Shown here piece by piece: positions 27,617-39,159 of a stretch of 64,000 nucleotides of DNA (position 1 is the first letter of the stretch; every line of letters starts with the position of its first letter). Source of the stretch: a virus (lineage: Duplodnaviria > Caudoviricetes); IMG/VR virus record IMGVR_UViG_3300046787_000508, positions 32,001 to 96,000 of that record; one strand, written 5' to 3'. The position numbers were made by a program, and so were the translations under genes. A model generated the notes under the pieces. That model was not told the DNA's origin. It saw nothing but the letters and a program-made list of their open reading frames with translations, and ran no database searches.

Positions 27617-30600
27617 TTAATTTGGTCCAAACATTTCAATAAATTTATCGAAGGCAGTTTTACCTTTTCTTAATCCAAACGTATAATGGAACGGGACCCC
27701 AATTTCCATTAAGTGTCTTATCTGACCATTTACAGTATATTCTTTATAGTTGTCGTTACTTTTTGATTTAACCCCATTTACCTCAATACAATCTCTTATC
27801 GGTGGTAATATATTTGGATTAAAGAAATTATCATCAATAGTCAATGAGTTAGGGTCAGGATTTAAATTGGCAGTAAACTCTTGAATACGTTGATTGAAGA
27901 TTCTACCTGTATAATAACTTTGTACCTCACCATCTCCTTGTACCTCACCAAATCCGTGTCCGTGTGTGTCCCACATGTAATATGGTACTCTTTGTGAATT
28001 GTCACCTAATCTACCCGGCGTGTTAATGCATTTTCTTATTAATGAACCATCATATTCTATTGTTGGTGTTGTTGTGTCGTCTTCACTGAAAACAAAATCC
28101 AAACCAACTGCACCTTTACCATCGAAAAGATTAGCGTATAATGATGTGTATGGTGAATTTGATTGTTCAGATTCAAATGGGTAAATTCCTGTTTGTGTGT
28201 TAAAATTTAACAACTGAGCAATGTCACCATCAATTTGTCCTTTACCTCTTCTATCGAATAAATCTTGAACATCTAATCTTCCCTTTTCTTTTATTTCTTT
28301 CGATTGGATGATGTATTCCATTAAATCATCAACACCCTTAAACGATGTGGCACCGATACTTCTAGAAACTGAACAGTTTACATCTAACGCGGCATCAATA
28401 CACACTTCATTAATCCATGTCAATCTTGGTCCTAAGTCAACAATAGTTGTTGGGAAATTAATTTCTCGTTTGTATGTTGACCCTCCGATAAGGTCTGTTA
28501 GTTTACTTACCCAAGCCTTACCTGACACACTTGGGTCAAATGACATAATTCTTCTTGTACCATAAAACCCTTGCGTTTTTCCACTGTACACCTCGTCATA
28601 TGTTTTTGTTGTATTTGGGACAATATCAGTACCGTTGTATTGAGTTTCAAAATTACTATACTCTTGGTGGTATGGTGTTGACCTGTAATAATAATGTATT
28701 GAACCATCGGTATCCACTTTTTTGTATACACAGTCTTTACAGAAGTTATTTTCCCCTCTTCTTTTAAATTGGAAGAAATACAATACTCCGTTTATCCATG
28801 AGTCAGTGAAAATGTACGATACGACTCCACCGCACATTAATTTACCGAATAATTTTCTTCTTCTATATGAACTTAATAATTCTCCGTTTTTTCCTGCTAA
28901 CGGTATTATTGTGTAAACACCGTCTCTAAATTCTGACCATCCTGTTAATGTTCCACCGTTAGTTTGTTCGGGTTCAACATAATATGGTCCCTTTTTCTTA
29001 ACTTGCCCATAATATGTTCCTCTGTATATACATCTTGAGTCTTCATTTCTGAAATCTCCTCTATTTTCCGTTGGCCACTTTGCAAACTCCGATGCAACTC
29101 CACCTAAATTATAAGGTGGTCTTGTTTCACATTCTCCAATATTAAGACCTAAAATTGTGTCGTTATAACCATAATCAATTTGATTATATATTGGATTAAC
29201 ACCTAAAGCGGCATTTGGTGCTCTATAAAGTTTTAATCTATCAAGACCTTCAACATATGTATCGACTGTTCCTCCCGTTGAACCTGTTAAAGGTAATACA
29301 ATACCTCTCAATCTCATGTCACCCGTTCTTCCTAACTCGTCTTCGATAATTGCATCGTATTTTTGACAACCACTTTCAACTTCGTTAATGGTTACACTAC
29401 TATAAGGTACATTACCTGCTGGGTCGAACCATACATTTTTAATTTTTACCCTACCGTCAATTTCGTGACACGTTCCTGCAACAGGATGGTCTAATGGAGT
29501 GTTAAACGCCTCTGAAATTTGGCTTATGATTGATGAATAGATTAATTGTATTTTCCATTGTGAATACTCATTATCCCACACTATAGGAAATTGTTGACCA
29601 ACACCGACAGTGATGTAATCAGATTGTCCTGAAAATAATTCAATCTCAAACACATATCTTTGGTAAAGGAAGTCACCATCTGCATTAACTCCTGAATTGT
29701 TTGTTGGTAATGGTGTTACAGGTGTAAATGTATCAAAATACAAAGACCCGTCTGGGTCGAATCCCGATACACCGGAACAACCATTAACTGTTTCAACTGA
29801 AGTTATTGTTCCACTTGATAGAGATTGTCCAGGTTTACCACAAACGTTATCAAGTGTTCCATTTGCGGGAACCGTAGCCGTTGTGGAATTATTATCACAA
29901 TCTAAATAGGTTACCGTATATCCACTTGTTGGTGATGAATTTGTAAATGTATATTTGCTACATGTTCCATCCTCCCTAGCAATTTGATATCTCTCCTTCA
30001 TAGTAACATTACTAAAAGTTGCAGTAGTACCTGTAACGGCATCAAACTCTAATTTTGGGACGTTTACGGTTATTTCGTTTGCTTGAGTATCCTCATTACA
30101 ATCATAACAATCAGGATAAGTAATAAGTGATAATTTGAATATATTTCTAAATTGGAATTCTTTTGCTCTTTGGAACATTTTAGCGGAAGCTCTTGACGAT
30201 ACACCCGTACTTTCAAGAAGTTCTGCAATTGCAAATAAACTTTGTGCTGTTATCTCTTTAAAGAATAATTGAATGAATAATCCAATATATTCGATATAAC
30301 TTATAATGGTTAAAATGAAAAAATTAAATCTGTGATTTCTAACCGCATCGTTTATTGGGAAAAAGTTATTTGTTCCTGAGCAATCCGCTCCCTGTTCTGG
30401 CCAAATTTCTTTTATACCGATGAATGATTCGTTTCTATCTTTTACTAAGAAACTAAAAAGTTTTTCTAAAGCACTTGCTTTATAATATTTGTTAACAAAT
30501 TGGGAAACACTATAAACCCTATTATATCTTAATTGGAAGAAGTAATCTTGAGGTACTTTAGTTTTTCCCTCACTAATAGCTTCAATACTTGTTCCTGTTA

Positions 30601-31888
30601 TTTCCCCTAACGCCTCTGATGGGTAGTCATCAATAGATGTACTAAAAGAGTATGATTTTGGGTTTATGGTGCCGTATGCACCAACTCTACTTGTATCATT
30701 TGTATGATACTCTCTAATATTTGGAACTAAGAACTTACCGGTAAACACATTTCTTGCACCCGCATCTTCACCTAAAGAAAATCTAAATCTATAATTTCCT
30801 TGTGTTGGTATGCCGACATTCGGATTTTTAGATTCAACTAAATTACCGAATTCATCTGTGGTAAGGTAGGTCATGTTCATCGGTACTCTAAAAAAGAATG
30901 TACCATTGTCATCAATAACACTATCAATTTTAACAGATTCCAAAATTGGTCTATCAATTATTGGGTTACCATTAATATCTTTTTCGTAATTACCGCTGAA
31001 TCTTATAGCCTCAATATCACCTTTATGTGTGGTAAGTCTACATTTTTCACCCATTTGGTTGTCCACGTTACAATTTTGGGTTAACGCATCTTTTCCTGTA
31101 TCGGTAAAAGTTCCTCCCATTAATAACGCGTAAGGTTCGATTCTGATACCTTTTTCTTTTAAATCGAAATCGGTTCTTGTAATACCAATTTCACATAATT
31201 CTTCATTACCCCAAAAAGGATAAACCTCAATTGTTCTATCAAAAGAAACAATTTGTGGAAGGTCCGATAAATTATTTGAATCTCTATAAGTGTAACCGTT
31301 TATGAATTTTTCAGGTGAAACACCTTCGTACATTAAATCGTAAGGAATTAATGATTGACATCCAATGTCCGATAAATCTACATCACAATGAATAATTTGT
31401 TGACCTAGTGGTACGCCCCATATCATGAAGTCACCTGCATCGTTTGTTTTTACCGTGTATTTGTAATATTTCTCAAAAACCTCCATATACTCTTCTCTTG
31501 AAAGAATATCCTCTTGGTCAAAAAACTTACCTGTCGGTGTGTGTCCTGTGTGTTGTTTTCTTGAAGGTAATAAGTGATAACGATATCCATCTTCGGATGT
31601 ATCGTTAATTTCTTTGTACGGGTAAAGAGCCGCAACTACTGGGTCGTTTTCGTCAACATCACTTAACGGGATAAAAATTGAAATCCTTGCATTTGGTACT
31701 CCAAATCCATTGTTAACTGAAACACGACCAACAACTACACCATAATCGGAACAAAGTCCCGTGGCATATACATCTTTTTGTGTGAATTTCAAAGATAATA
31801 TCTCCAACAAATCAAAATCTTGTTTGAGTTCGATATTAATCTTTTGGTCACGACCGATATCTGTATGAATTCTATGCTTTTGTATCAT
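27617..31888 (-). CDS. Large virion structural protein with a transthyretin/carboxypeptidase-regulatory-like N-terminal domain
   Basis: VVGRVSVNNGFGVPNARISIF...TVKTNDAGDFMIWGVPLG; variable-looking Cys-containing middle region; preceded by TATTTATA. Confidence 0.6.
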   Translation of the reverse strand: MIQKHRIHTDIGRDQKINIELKQDFDLLEILSLKFTQKDVYATGLCSDYGVVVGRVSVNNGFGVPNARISIFIPLSDVDENDPVVAALYPYKEINDTSEDGYRYHLLPSRKQHTGHTPTGKFFDQEDILSREEYMEVFEKYYKYTVKTNDAGDFMIWGVPLGQQIIHCDVDLSDIGCQSLIPYDLMYEGVSPEKFINGYTYRDSNNLSDLPQIVSFDRTIEVYPFWGNEELCEIGITRTDFDLKEKGIRIEPYALLMGGTFTDTGKDALTQNCNVDNQMGEKCRLTTHKGDIEAIRFSGNYEKDINGNPIIDRPILESVKIDSVIDDNGTFFFRVPMNMTYLTTDEFGNLVESKNPNVGIPTQGNYRFRFSLGEDAGARNVFTGKFLVPNIREYHTNDTSRVGAYGTINPKSYSFSTSIDDYPSEALGEITGTSIEAISEGKTKVPQDYFFQLRYNRVYSVSQFVNKYYKASALEKLFSFLVKDRNESFIGIKEIWPEQGADCSGTNNFFPINDAVRNHRFNFFILTIISYIEYIGLFIQLFFKEITAQSLFAIAELLESTGVSSRASAKMFQRAKEFQFRNIFKLSLITYPDCYDCNEDTQANEITVNVPKLEFDAVTGTTATFSNVTMKERYQIAREDGTCSKYTFTNSSPTSGYTVTYLDCDNNSTTATVPANGTLDNVCGKPGQSLSSGTITSVETVNGCSGVSGFDPDGSLYFDTFTPVTPLPTNNSGVNADGDFLYQRYVFEIELFSGQSDYITVGVGQQFPIVWDNEYSQWKIQLIYSSIISQISEAFNTPLDHPVAGTCHEIDGRVKIKNVWFDPAGNVPYSSVTINEVESGCQKYDAIIEDELGRTGDMRLRGIVLPLTGSTGGTVDTYVEGLDRLKLYRAPNAALGVNPIYNQIDYGYNDTILGLNIGECETRPPYNLGGVASEFAKWPTENRGDFRNEDSRCIYRGTYYGQVKKKGPYYVEPEQTNGGTLTGWSEFRDGVYTIIPLAGKNGELLSSYRRRKLFGKLMCGGVVSYIFTDSWINGVLYFFQFKRRGENNFCKDCVYKKVDTDGSIHYYYRSTPYHQEYSNFETQYNGTDIVPNTTKTYDEVYSGKTQGFYGTRRIMSFDPSVSGKAWVSKLTDLIGGSTYKREINFPTTIVDLGPRLTWINEVCIDAALDVNCSVSRSIGATSFKGVDDLMEYIIQSKEIKEKGRLDVQDLFDRRGKGQIDGDIAQLLNFNTQTGIYPFESEQSNSPYTSLYANLFDGKGAVGLDFVFSEDDTTTPTIEYDGSLIRKCINTPGRLGDNSQRVPYYMWDTHGHGFGEVQGDGEVQSYYTGRIFNQRIQEFTANLNPDPNSLTIDDNFFNPNILPPIRDCIEVNGVKSKSNDNYKEYTVNGQIRHLMEIGVPFHYTFGLRKGKTAFDKFIEMFGPN

Positions 31889-31892
31889 CTTA

Positions 31893-31900
31893 TATAAATA
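31893..31900 (-). promoter_or_regulatory. Late-promoter-like motif TATTTATA
   Basis: 4 nt upstream of the ATG at 31888. Confidence 0.6.
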
Positions 31901-31939
31901 GAAACTCCTTAGTTTTCTATAAGATAAGAAAAAAACAAA

Positions 31940-33772
31940 TTAATATGTAGTCGAAGTGAGAGTTTTAATCCTAACTTTAATATCTGTGTTCGGAACCCTT
32001 ACTTGGAATATCTGATTTGACTTCATATATATGGTACTTTCAGCTTGTAGAATCTCTTTTGTTACATCATCTTTATATGATTGTGAAACTTGTGCTGAAG
32101 AGTAATCCCCACCGATTTTATTGTAAACTCTAATATCAACAACGTTAACAACACCAACCACATTACCAATTTGAGTTTTTAAATCCCCAACTAATAGTGG
32201 GTCTCCCATTTTTCTCTTATCGATTGAGAAAAAGGATGTTGCTTGTTGAACAACGGATTTGATGATATCTGTTGAATTTTCATTTTTATTTACAACTAAA
32301 TCAACTTCTAATCCTAAATCGATAACTTCACCACTTTGGATGTCTAAGTAATCGTTTAACATTCTGTATTTTGAAAGATAGTTTAAAACGTTATTTTTCA
32401 ACGTATTAGATACGGTATCAATTAGATTACCATTCTCATCATATGATAACAACTTAATTCTAACTTTGTTGTCTTCCTCCATTACACTTACCTTTGCCGG
32501 TGCACCGAATGTCGCTGGCATGGTTTCAATCATGGATTTATAATCATTTAACGTCACCGCTCTGTTTTGTGCCGCAAAGTTATATGCAATCATGTTTCTA
32601 ATCTCCTCAACTGTAGGTGCGTCTGAACCTCCAACTGCGGGTGTAATGTTAGTAACTCTTAATGATTGGTTTACTTGGTCATTTATTGACGTATTAGGAC
32701 CGTTTACAACATATTCGAAGGTATCCATCGAATTGATTACATTAACCCCTAAATTCGTGTCTTTACCACCACCAATACGATATTTTACAAATAAAGTTGA
32801 GTTGGTTTTTGGGATTGCACCTAATGAGGTATTATTAAGGAATGTAGAAAGATTAACTTTCATGTTTCCTGTCATATAATTGTCCAAGTTATCCATTGGG
32901 TCCACATTACCTGAACCAAAAGTTAGTGAATAATAGTTTTCAGGTGTGTATTCAGTGTAAAATTTATTTACGATACCCATATAATCACCTGATTTGAAAT
33001 TATCTTTATCAGATGCCTCAGTTGGGTCTTCAACAAATATCTTATCTTCAATAAGTGATTTTACTTCGTACCATCTATTATCGGTTCCCATGAATTCATC
33101 TGAAGTAGGATTTGCTCCGTAACCTCCACCATCTTTATGAATTACTGATGTAACACCTAATATGTTTCTTTCAGGTAAATAAATCTTTAAGAATGGTTTT
33201 TGGTCAGTAGATGTAATAACTCTTCTGTAAATTCTTGTTACACCATTTACCACCGCTTCTCTTTTAGTAATTGTATATGAAACCAATTTATTGTTACCAT
33301 CAAAATTAGGTATTTTCAATCTATTAGGTTCACCTTTACTATTAAAAGGACTTGAAAAATCAATATCTTCGACAGTTTCAAATATTTGTCCTCCACCTGA
33401 AACCTGCGCTCCTGATTTCAATATACCTTCATATCTCTCATCATCTTTATCACCCTTTACAGGTACATTAATTGAAAAATCACATAAAGCAATTGATGGT
33501 CTCGGGCCAGGTAGTTTAATACCGTAAGTTTTCGCAATATGAAATAATGATTGTCTTTGTTGTGCAAAGTCCAAAATCGTCTCTTGCCAAACTCTATCAA
33601 TATGATAATGTAAGTTATCCGCAATACCCGCGTTCATGTCCAATAACACCGAATAAATCGAAGCATCATTGAAGTTGGTTATTAGTTCAGGATAGTACTG
33701 TTTGGTTAAATCAACCAATTCTTCTCTAAGTCCCGCAAAATCTCTTGTTGCGTATGATATTTGTTTTGACAT
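31940..33772 (-). CDS. Baseplate wedge protein (T4 gp6/baseplate J-like)
   Basis: YATRDFAGLREEL...LLDMNAGIADNLHYHID...SLFHIAKTYG and QNRAVTLNDY; adjacent to the gp25-like gene. Confidence 0.9.
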   Translation of the reverse strand: MSKQISYATRDFAGLREELVDLTKQYYPELITNFNDASIYSVLLDMNAGIADNLHYHIDRVWQETILDFAQQRQSLFHIAKTYGIKLPGPRPSIALCDFSINVPVKGDKDDERYEGILKSGAQVSGGGQIFETVEDIDFSSPFNSKGEPNRLKIPNFDGNNKLVSYTITKREAVVNGVTRIYRRVITSTDQKPFLKIYLPERNILGVTSVIHKDGGGYGANPTSDEFMGTDNRWYEVKSLIEDKIFVEDPTEASDKDNFKSGDYMGIVNKFYTEYTPENYYSLTFGSGNVDPMDNLDNYMTGNMKVNLSTFLNNTSLGAIPKTNSTLFVKYRIGGGKDTNLGVNVINSMDTFEYVVNGPNTSINDQVNQSLRVTNITPAVGGSDAPTVEEIRNMIAYNFAAQNRAVTLNDYKSMIETMPATFGAPAKVSVMEEDNKVRIKLLSYDENGNLIDTVSNTLKNNVLNYLSKYRMLNDYLDIQSGEVIDLGLEVDLVVNKNENSTDIIKSVVQQATSFFSIDKRKMGDPLLVGDLKTQIGNVVGVVNVVDIRVYNKIGGDYSSAQVSQSYKDDVTKEILQAESTIYMKSNQIFQVRVPNTDIKVRIKTLTSTTY

Positions 33773-33773
33773 A

Positions 33774-34226
33774 TTACAAATTAATAATTATAAAATCTGG
33801 TGTGGTAAATGTACCGTTATTAACCGTATAATCAATTTTAACCTTTGCAGTGTACGGTTTGTTCGCTGCAGTTGATACTCTAAATAATCTCGCATCTTCA
33901 TCTTCACTCACGGATGTAATCATCTGCTCAGGGTCGTCTTCCGCAGACATTACCTGAATTGAATTAATATCAAGATTTGGTATGTATTTCTTTACACCTT
34001 CTCTTATTTCTTCTTCGATGTTATTATGTGTGATAATATCGTTTTGGTCGAAAATGTATTCGTATAATCGTGTTCCGAAATCAGGTAATAGGAATCTACT
34101 TCCTTTTCTTGTTAGGAGTAGATGTATTAAATTCGCTCTAACCTCCTTTTCGGGGGTTGCAGTTAATCTAACGTAATTACCAATTGCACTATCCCTAAAT
34201 GGGAAGTCTATACCGTATGTAGCCAT
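33774..34226 (-). CDS. Baseplate wedge subunit (T4 gp25/GPW-like)
   Basis: NLIHLLLTRKGSRFLLPDFGTRLYEYIFD...IREGVKKYIP signature. Confidence 0.9.
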   Translation of the reverse strand: MATYGIDFPFRDSAIGNYVRLTATPEKEVRANLIHLLLTRKGSRFLLPDFGTRLYEYIFDQNDIITHNNIEEEIREGVKKYIPNLDINSIQVMSAEDDPEQMITSVSEDEDARLFRVSTAANKPYTAKVKIDYTVNNGTFTTPDFIIINL

Positions 34227-34235
34227 AACAATAAA

Positions 34236-34243
34236 TATAAATA
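34236..34243 (-). promoter_or_regulatory. Late-promoter-like motif TATTTATA
   Basis: 9 nt upstream of the ATG at 34226. Confidence 0.6.
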
Positions 34244-34263
34244 ATTGTAAAATGGTAATAAAT

Positions 34264-34293
34264 AAAAAAACCTTAACAAATGTTAAGGTTTTT
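34264..34293. terminator. Intrinsic (potentially bidirectional) terminator after nrdA
   Basis: AAAAACCTTAAC-aaat-GTTAAGGTTTTT perfect inverted repeat with T-tracts on both strands. Confidence 0.85.
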
Positions 34294-34314
34294 AGTGTTT
34301 AATCGTCTAATATG

Positions 34315-36747
34315 TTATGAACCACATCCTTCACACTCAAAAGGTGAATCTGTTGGTCTTTCTGATGTCATTACAACTTCAGGAGTTTGTTCACTTATTA
34401 GAGTATTGTTAGTTGGTACATCTACATTGTTTACTGAGGATGTCTGTTCAATAGGTTTCATTGCTGACATATCAACACCTAATCCTTTAATTGCATCAAC
34501 CGCCGCTCTTGTTCTTAAGTAATACATACCAGTTTTCAATCCTAATTTCCAACCATATAAGTGTGCCGCCAATAATTTAGGTTTTGTGGCATTGTCCACA
34601 AATAAATTTAATGACTGTGATTGGTCAATAAAGATACTTCTGTTAGCTGCCATTTGTAAAACTCTCTTTTGTGACATTTCCCAAACAGTTTTATAAACTT
34701 CTTTCAATTCAGTTGGGATTTCAGGAATATTTTGAACTGAACCATTTTCCATGATTAATTTGTTCTTAATTGCATCATTCCACAAATCAAGTTTAACCAA
34801 TTCTTTTACTAAGTGTTTATTGATAACAATAAATTCACCACCTAATGTTCTACGTGAATATAGGTTAGTTGTGAATGGTTCGAACGCTTCGTTATTACCT
34901 AAAATTTGTGCCGTAGATGCTGTTGGCATCGGAGCCACTAACAATGAGTTTCTAACACCATAATTAACGACTTCTTTTCTTAATGATTTCCAATCCCAAC
35001 GTCCTGATAAATCACTATCGGTTTTACCCCACATTTGAAATTGGAATATTCCTTTTTCGATAGGTGAACCAACAATAGATTCATACGGTCCGAATTCTTT
35101 TGCCAAATCTTTTGATGAAGTCATCGCCGCGAAATATATTGTTTCGAATATCTCAGTTTGTAACTTATCTGCCTCTTCACTCTCAAACGCCAAACCTAAA
35201 ATACAGAATACGTCAGCTAAACCTTGTACACCAAGACCTACTGGTCTATGTTTAAAGTTTGAACGTTTTGTTTCTTCTGTTGGGTAGAAGTTTAAGTCAA
35301 TTACGTTGTTTAAGTTTTTTGTAACTTGGTAAGTTTGGTCATATAATAATTGATGACTAAATTCTCCGTCAACAATGTATTTTGGTAACGCAATTGATGC
35401 CAAATTACAAACTGCTTGTTCCTCAGGTGAACTATATTCAATGATTTCAGTACATAAATTTGAAGATTTAATAGTACCTAAATTCTTTTGATTTGATTTG
35501 TAGTTTGCCGGGTCCTTATATAACATATAAGGTGTACCTGTTTCAATTTGTGCAGTTAAAATTGCATCCATTAATTTTCGTGCCTTAACCACTTTCCTTG
35601 CTCTACCCTCTTGTTCATATTGTTCATATAAACGAGTGAATGCTTTATCTTCAGGACTATCGTACGCATCTGATAATCCAGGTGCTTCGTCAGGTGAGAA
35701 TAAAGACCAATCTCCATCAGTTTCTACTCTTTCCATGAATAACCCCGGTGTCCACATTGCTAAGAACAAATCTCTTGCTCTCATTTCCTCTTTACCGTGA
35801 TTTTTTCTTAAATCAATAAAATCAAATACGTCAGCGTGCCATGGTTCAAGATATACTGCAAATGAACCCTTACGTTTACCACCTTGGTTAATCCAACGAG
35901 CAACTTCATTATAAGTTTTCATCATTGGTAGTAATCCGTCAGATTCTCCTCCCGTTCCTTTAATGTATGAACCTTTAGCTCTCACATCGTGTACGTGTAA
36001 TCCAATACCACCAGCCCATTTAGAAATCTTAGCAACATCCTTCAACGTATCAAATAAACCATCGATATCGTCACCTTTATTCCCAACTAAGAAACAAGAA
36101 GACATTTGAGGTCTACGAGTACCCGCGTTGAATAATGTTGGTGTAGCATGAGTATAGTAGTGTTCAGATAGGTCGTTATAAATTCTAATAGCTTCATTAA
36201 CGTTACCATTACAAATACCGACCGCAACTCTCATGTAAAGGTATTGAGGTCTTTCAACAACTCTATCACCAATCTTCAACAAATATGAACGTTCTAACGT
36301 TTTGAATCCAAAATAATCAAACATGAAATCTCTTTCTTGATTAATTGCTCCATCTAACACTTCTCTATTTGCCAACACAAACTTGTGAATATCATCATCA
36401 ATAAGTGACGATTCTTTACCTGTTTTAGGTTCCACAAATGAATATAATTCTTTAATCGATTGTGAAAACTTTTTTGGTGTTGTTTTATGTAAATTGGAAA
36501 CCGCTAACCTTCCCGCTAATTTTGAATAGTCAGGATGTGTAGTGGCCATAGCGGCAGCTGTCTCAGCTGCCAATACGTCCAATTCTGTTGTTGATATGCC
36601 GTCAAATATTCCCTGTGTTACCTTTAATGTTACAAAGGTAGGGTCAACATACTCTAAATCTAAATCATTACAGAATACGTTAATTCTTCGTGTAATCTTA
36701 TCATATCTCATTTCCTCAAGGGAACCATCTCTTTTCTTTACTTTCAT
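34315..36747 (-). CDS. nrdA: Class Ia ribonucleoside-diphosphate reductase alpha subunit with ATP cone
   Basis: KVKKRDG ATP cone; HATPTLFNAG, MSSCFL, SSNLCTEI and APMPTASTAQILGN motifs; C-terminal CEGCGS redox pair. Confidence 0.98.
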   Translation of the reverse strand: MKVKKRDGSLEEMRYDKITRRINVFCNDLDLEYVDPTFVTLKVTQGIFDGISTTELDVLAAETAAAMATTHPDYSKLAGRLAVSNLHKTTPKKFSQSIKELYSFVEPKTGKESSLIDDDIHKFVLANREVLDGAINQERDFMFDYFGFKTLERSYLLKIGDRVVERPQYLYMRVAVGICNGNVNEAIRIYNDLSEHYYTHATPTLFNAGTRRPQMSSCFLVGNKGDDIDGLFDTLKDVAKISKWAGGIGLHVHDVRAKGSYIKGTGGESDGLLPMMKTYNEVARWINQGGKRKGSFAVYLEPWHADVFDFIDLRKNHGKEEMRARDLFLAMWTPGLFMERVETDGDWSLFSPDEAPGLSDAYDSPEDKAFTRLYEQYEQEGRARKVVKARKLMDAILTAQIETGTPYMLYKDPANYKSNQKNLGTIKSSNLCTEIIEYSSPEEQAVCNLASIALPKYIVDGEFSHQLLYDQTYQVTKNLNNVIDLNFYPTEETKRSNFKHRPVGLGVQGLADVFCILGLAFESEEADKLQTEIFETIYFAAMTSSKDLAKEFGPYESIVGSPIEKGIFQFQMWGKTDSDLSGRWDWKSLRKEVVNYGVRNSLLVAPMPTASTAQILGNNEAFEPFTTNLYSRRTLGGEFIVINKHLVKELVKLDLWNDAIKNKLIMENGSVQNIPEIPTELKEVYKTVWEMSQKRVLQMAANRSIFIDQSQSLNLFVDNATKPKLLAAHLYGWKLGLKTGMYYLRTRAAVDAIKGLGVDMSAMKPIEQTSSVNNVDVPTNNTLISEQTPEVVMTSERPTDSPFECEGCGS

Positions 36748-36760
36748 CTTCTATTATAGT

Positions 36761-37732
36761 TTAAAAATCAATATCGTCAAATGCTGAATCCAAATCTTCA
36801 GACACGTTATTTACTCCTGCCTTTTGATATTCTGCAACTCGTTTCTCAAAGAAATTAGTTTTACCCTGTAATGCTATGTTTTGCATAAAATCAAATGGGT
36901 TTTCTGAGTTATAAACTTTAGGAACACCTAAAGACACCAATAATCTATCAGTAACGAACTCAAGATATTGTGACATTAATTCAGAGTTCATACCAATCAA
37001 ACGAACTGGTAGAGCTTCAAGAATAAATTCTTTTTCAATTTCTAATGCCCCACAGATAATTTCTTTAATTCTATTTGGGTCGATTTTGTTTTCAATATGT
37101 TGGTTGTAAATATGACAAGCGAAATCACAGTGTACACCCTCATCTCGAGAAATCAATTCATTTGAGAATGTTAACCCAGGCATTAAACCTCTTTTCTTTA
37201 ACCAAAAAATCGAACAGAATGAACCTGAGAAGAAAATACCTTCAACTGCTGCGAATGCAATTAATCTATCCACAAACGAATCCGAATTAATCCATTTTAA
37301 TGCCCAATCCGCCTTCTTCTTAACGGCAGGAATCGTATCAATTGCATTAAACAAATAGTGTTGTTCTTCTTTATCTTTAACTAATGTGTCAATTAAAAGA
37401 GAATAAGTTTCACTATGGATATTTTCCATCATAATTTGGAAACCATAGAAGAATTTTGCCTCGGTATATTGAACCTCATTAACAAAGTTAATTGCCAAAT
37501 TTTCATTTACAATCCCATCGGATGCAGCGAAGAATGCCAATACATGTTTAACGAAATGTTTCTCATCGTCGTTTAATTTATTTTCCCAATCGGATACGTC
37601 TTGTCCCAAATCAATTTCCTCTGAGGTCCAAAAAGACGCTTCAGATTGTTTGTAATATTTCCACAAATCGTGGTGTTGTATTGGGAATAGGACGAATCGT
37701 CCGCCATTATCTTGTAAGATTTTCTCTGTCAT
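36761..37732 (-). CDS. nrdB: Class Ia ribonucleoside-diphosphate reductase beta subunit
   Basis: [39 protein letters not shown] and DEGVH di-iron ligands; KTNFFE. Confidence 0.98.
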   Translation of the reverse strand: MTEKILQDNGGRFVLFPIQHHDLWKYYKQSEASFWTSEEIDLGQDVSDWENKLNDDEKHFVKHVLAFFAASDGIVNENLAINFVNEVQYTEAKFFYGFQIMMENIHSETYSLLIDTLVKDKEEQHYLFNAIDTIPAVKKKADWALKWINSDSFVDRLIAFAAVEGIFFSGSFCSIFWLKKRGLMPGLTFSNELISRDEGVHCDFACHIYNQHIENKIDPNRIKEIICGALEIEKEFILEALPVRLIGMNSELMSQYLEFVTDRLLVSLGVPKVYNSENPFDFMQNIALQGKTNFFEKRVAEYQKAGVNNVSEDLDSAFDDIDF

Positions 37733-37746
37733 ATTTTTATATTTTA

Positions 37747-39129
37747 TTATTGTTGATTTACTCTCGTTTCTTGTGATTTACGATACACTTCCTGTGCTCT
37801 TGTTGCTCTATCCTTTACTTTATCTTGTTCGAATCCTAATAATGTATTTTGTGAATCTGTATCAATAATAAGGAATTTATTATCAAATTTACAGTTTTGG
37901 AAAATAACACCATCTTGACCAATACGTGATTTTAATAAAGTTAACGTACCCAAGTTATTTTCTTTTTGTTCTAACGTTTTACCGATAGAAAGAATAATGT
38001 GAGCCACTTGTGCTTTCTTAATATTACCACCCATTTGGTCACTTGTTACAACTTCAGAAGAAATAGAATCTCTATTACCTTGTGTTGCCGTCCAAACAGC
38101 GAAATCAAATTCAGATGTCATTGATTCTAATTGTCTCATGATTGCACCTTCACCTTTCCATTCTTCACCGAAAGCGTTTTTCTCAGCACTTAAACAATCG
38201 ACATAATCAATTAATAAAAGGTCAATTTTAACACCTTCAGATTCCATTTTTCTTACAATAGTTTTAATGTCTGAAACTGTAACACCGAAACTTGGTAACT
38301 TTAATAATTTCAAGAAGTTTTTACTTTCACTATTTCTTTGTTCAACGATTGAAATTACTTCTTGAGCGTGTTCACTTTGTTTATCTGGTTCAATACCTGT
38401 CCAAATCGTAAAGTGTTTTCTTTTGATATTTGTTTCACTATCCTCGAAGAATATTTGTAAAACATTTTTACCGTCATTAAACGCAGTGTTAGCGAATAAC
38501 GTTAATAAGGTTGTTTTACCTGTACCTGTAGGTGCCAATACCACTCCTAATTCACCCATACCGATACCACCTTTCAAAAGTCTATCGATTCCATTGATTC
38601 CGGTTGGGATTGGTACTCTTGAATCTTTTTCCAACGCTCCTGCAATATCATCAAAGACATCCTTTGCACCGTCTGAAGACGCACCTACTTGTAATGCATC
38701 GTTTACAAGTTTTTCAATCTTTACATATTCCTCAAAGTCTCCATTTTCGATGATATTGTTTACATCTTTAATTGCTTTCTTTAATACCTGTTGTTTACAG
38801 AAATTAAGGGAAGTATTCTTAATGTATTCAGGAACATCAATATGGTGCTCCTGAATTGTTTTTAACGTATCCATGTGTAATTTGGATGACGTATCTTTGT
38901 TCGATTCGGACATTAGTTTTTGTGCCAACGTATCGTAAGACGGGATTGCCCCGAACTTAGTGTGTATTTCTTTAACGTTCTCCATAATGTATCTAAAGTA
39001 TGGACTATCGAAGTACTTACTTTCCATAACATCAACGATGTTCTTAGCAAATTTTTTGTCTTCAATAATTGTTTTCAATAAAGAAACCTGGAACGACTGA
39101 CCTAAATAACCGAAATTCTTTTCACTCAT
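37747..39129 (-). CDS. dnaB: Replicative DnaB-like helicase (T4 gp41-like)
   Basis: Walker [26 protein letters not shown] and LLKSRIG motifs. Confidence 0.92.
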   Translation of the reverse strand: MSEKNFGYLGQSFQVSLLKTIIEDKKFAKNIVDVMESKYFDSPYFRYIMENVKEIHTKFGAIPSYDTLAQKLMSESNKDTSSKLHMDTLKTIQEHHIDVPEYIKNTSLNFCKQQVLKKAIKDVNNIIENGDFEEYVKIEKLVNDALQVGASSDGAKDVFDDIAGALEKDSRVPIPTGINGIDRLLKGGIGMGELGVVLAPTGTGKTTLLTLFANTAFNDGKNVLQIFFEDSETNIKRKHFTIWTGIEPDKQSEHAQEVISIVEQRNSESKNFLKLLKLPSFGVTVSDIKTIVRKMESEGVKIDLLLIDYVDCLSAEKNAFGEEWKGEGAIMRQLESMTSEFDFAVWTATQGNRDSISSEVVTSDQMGGNIKKAQVAHIILSIGKTLEQKENNLGTLTLLKSRIGQDGVIFQNCKFDNKFLIIDTDSQNTLLGFEQDKVKDRATRAQEVYRKSQETRVNQQ

Positions 39130-39159
39130 GTTTATATTTGTTTATATTTTCTAAAAAAA

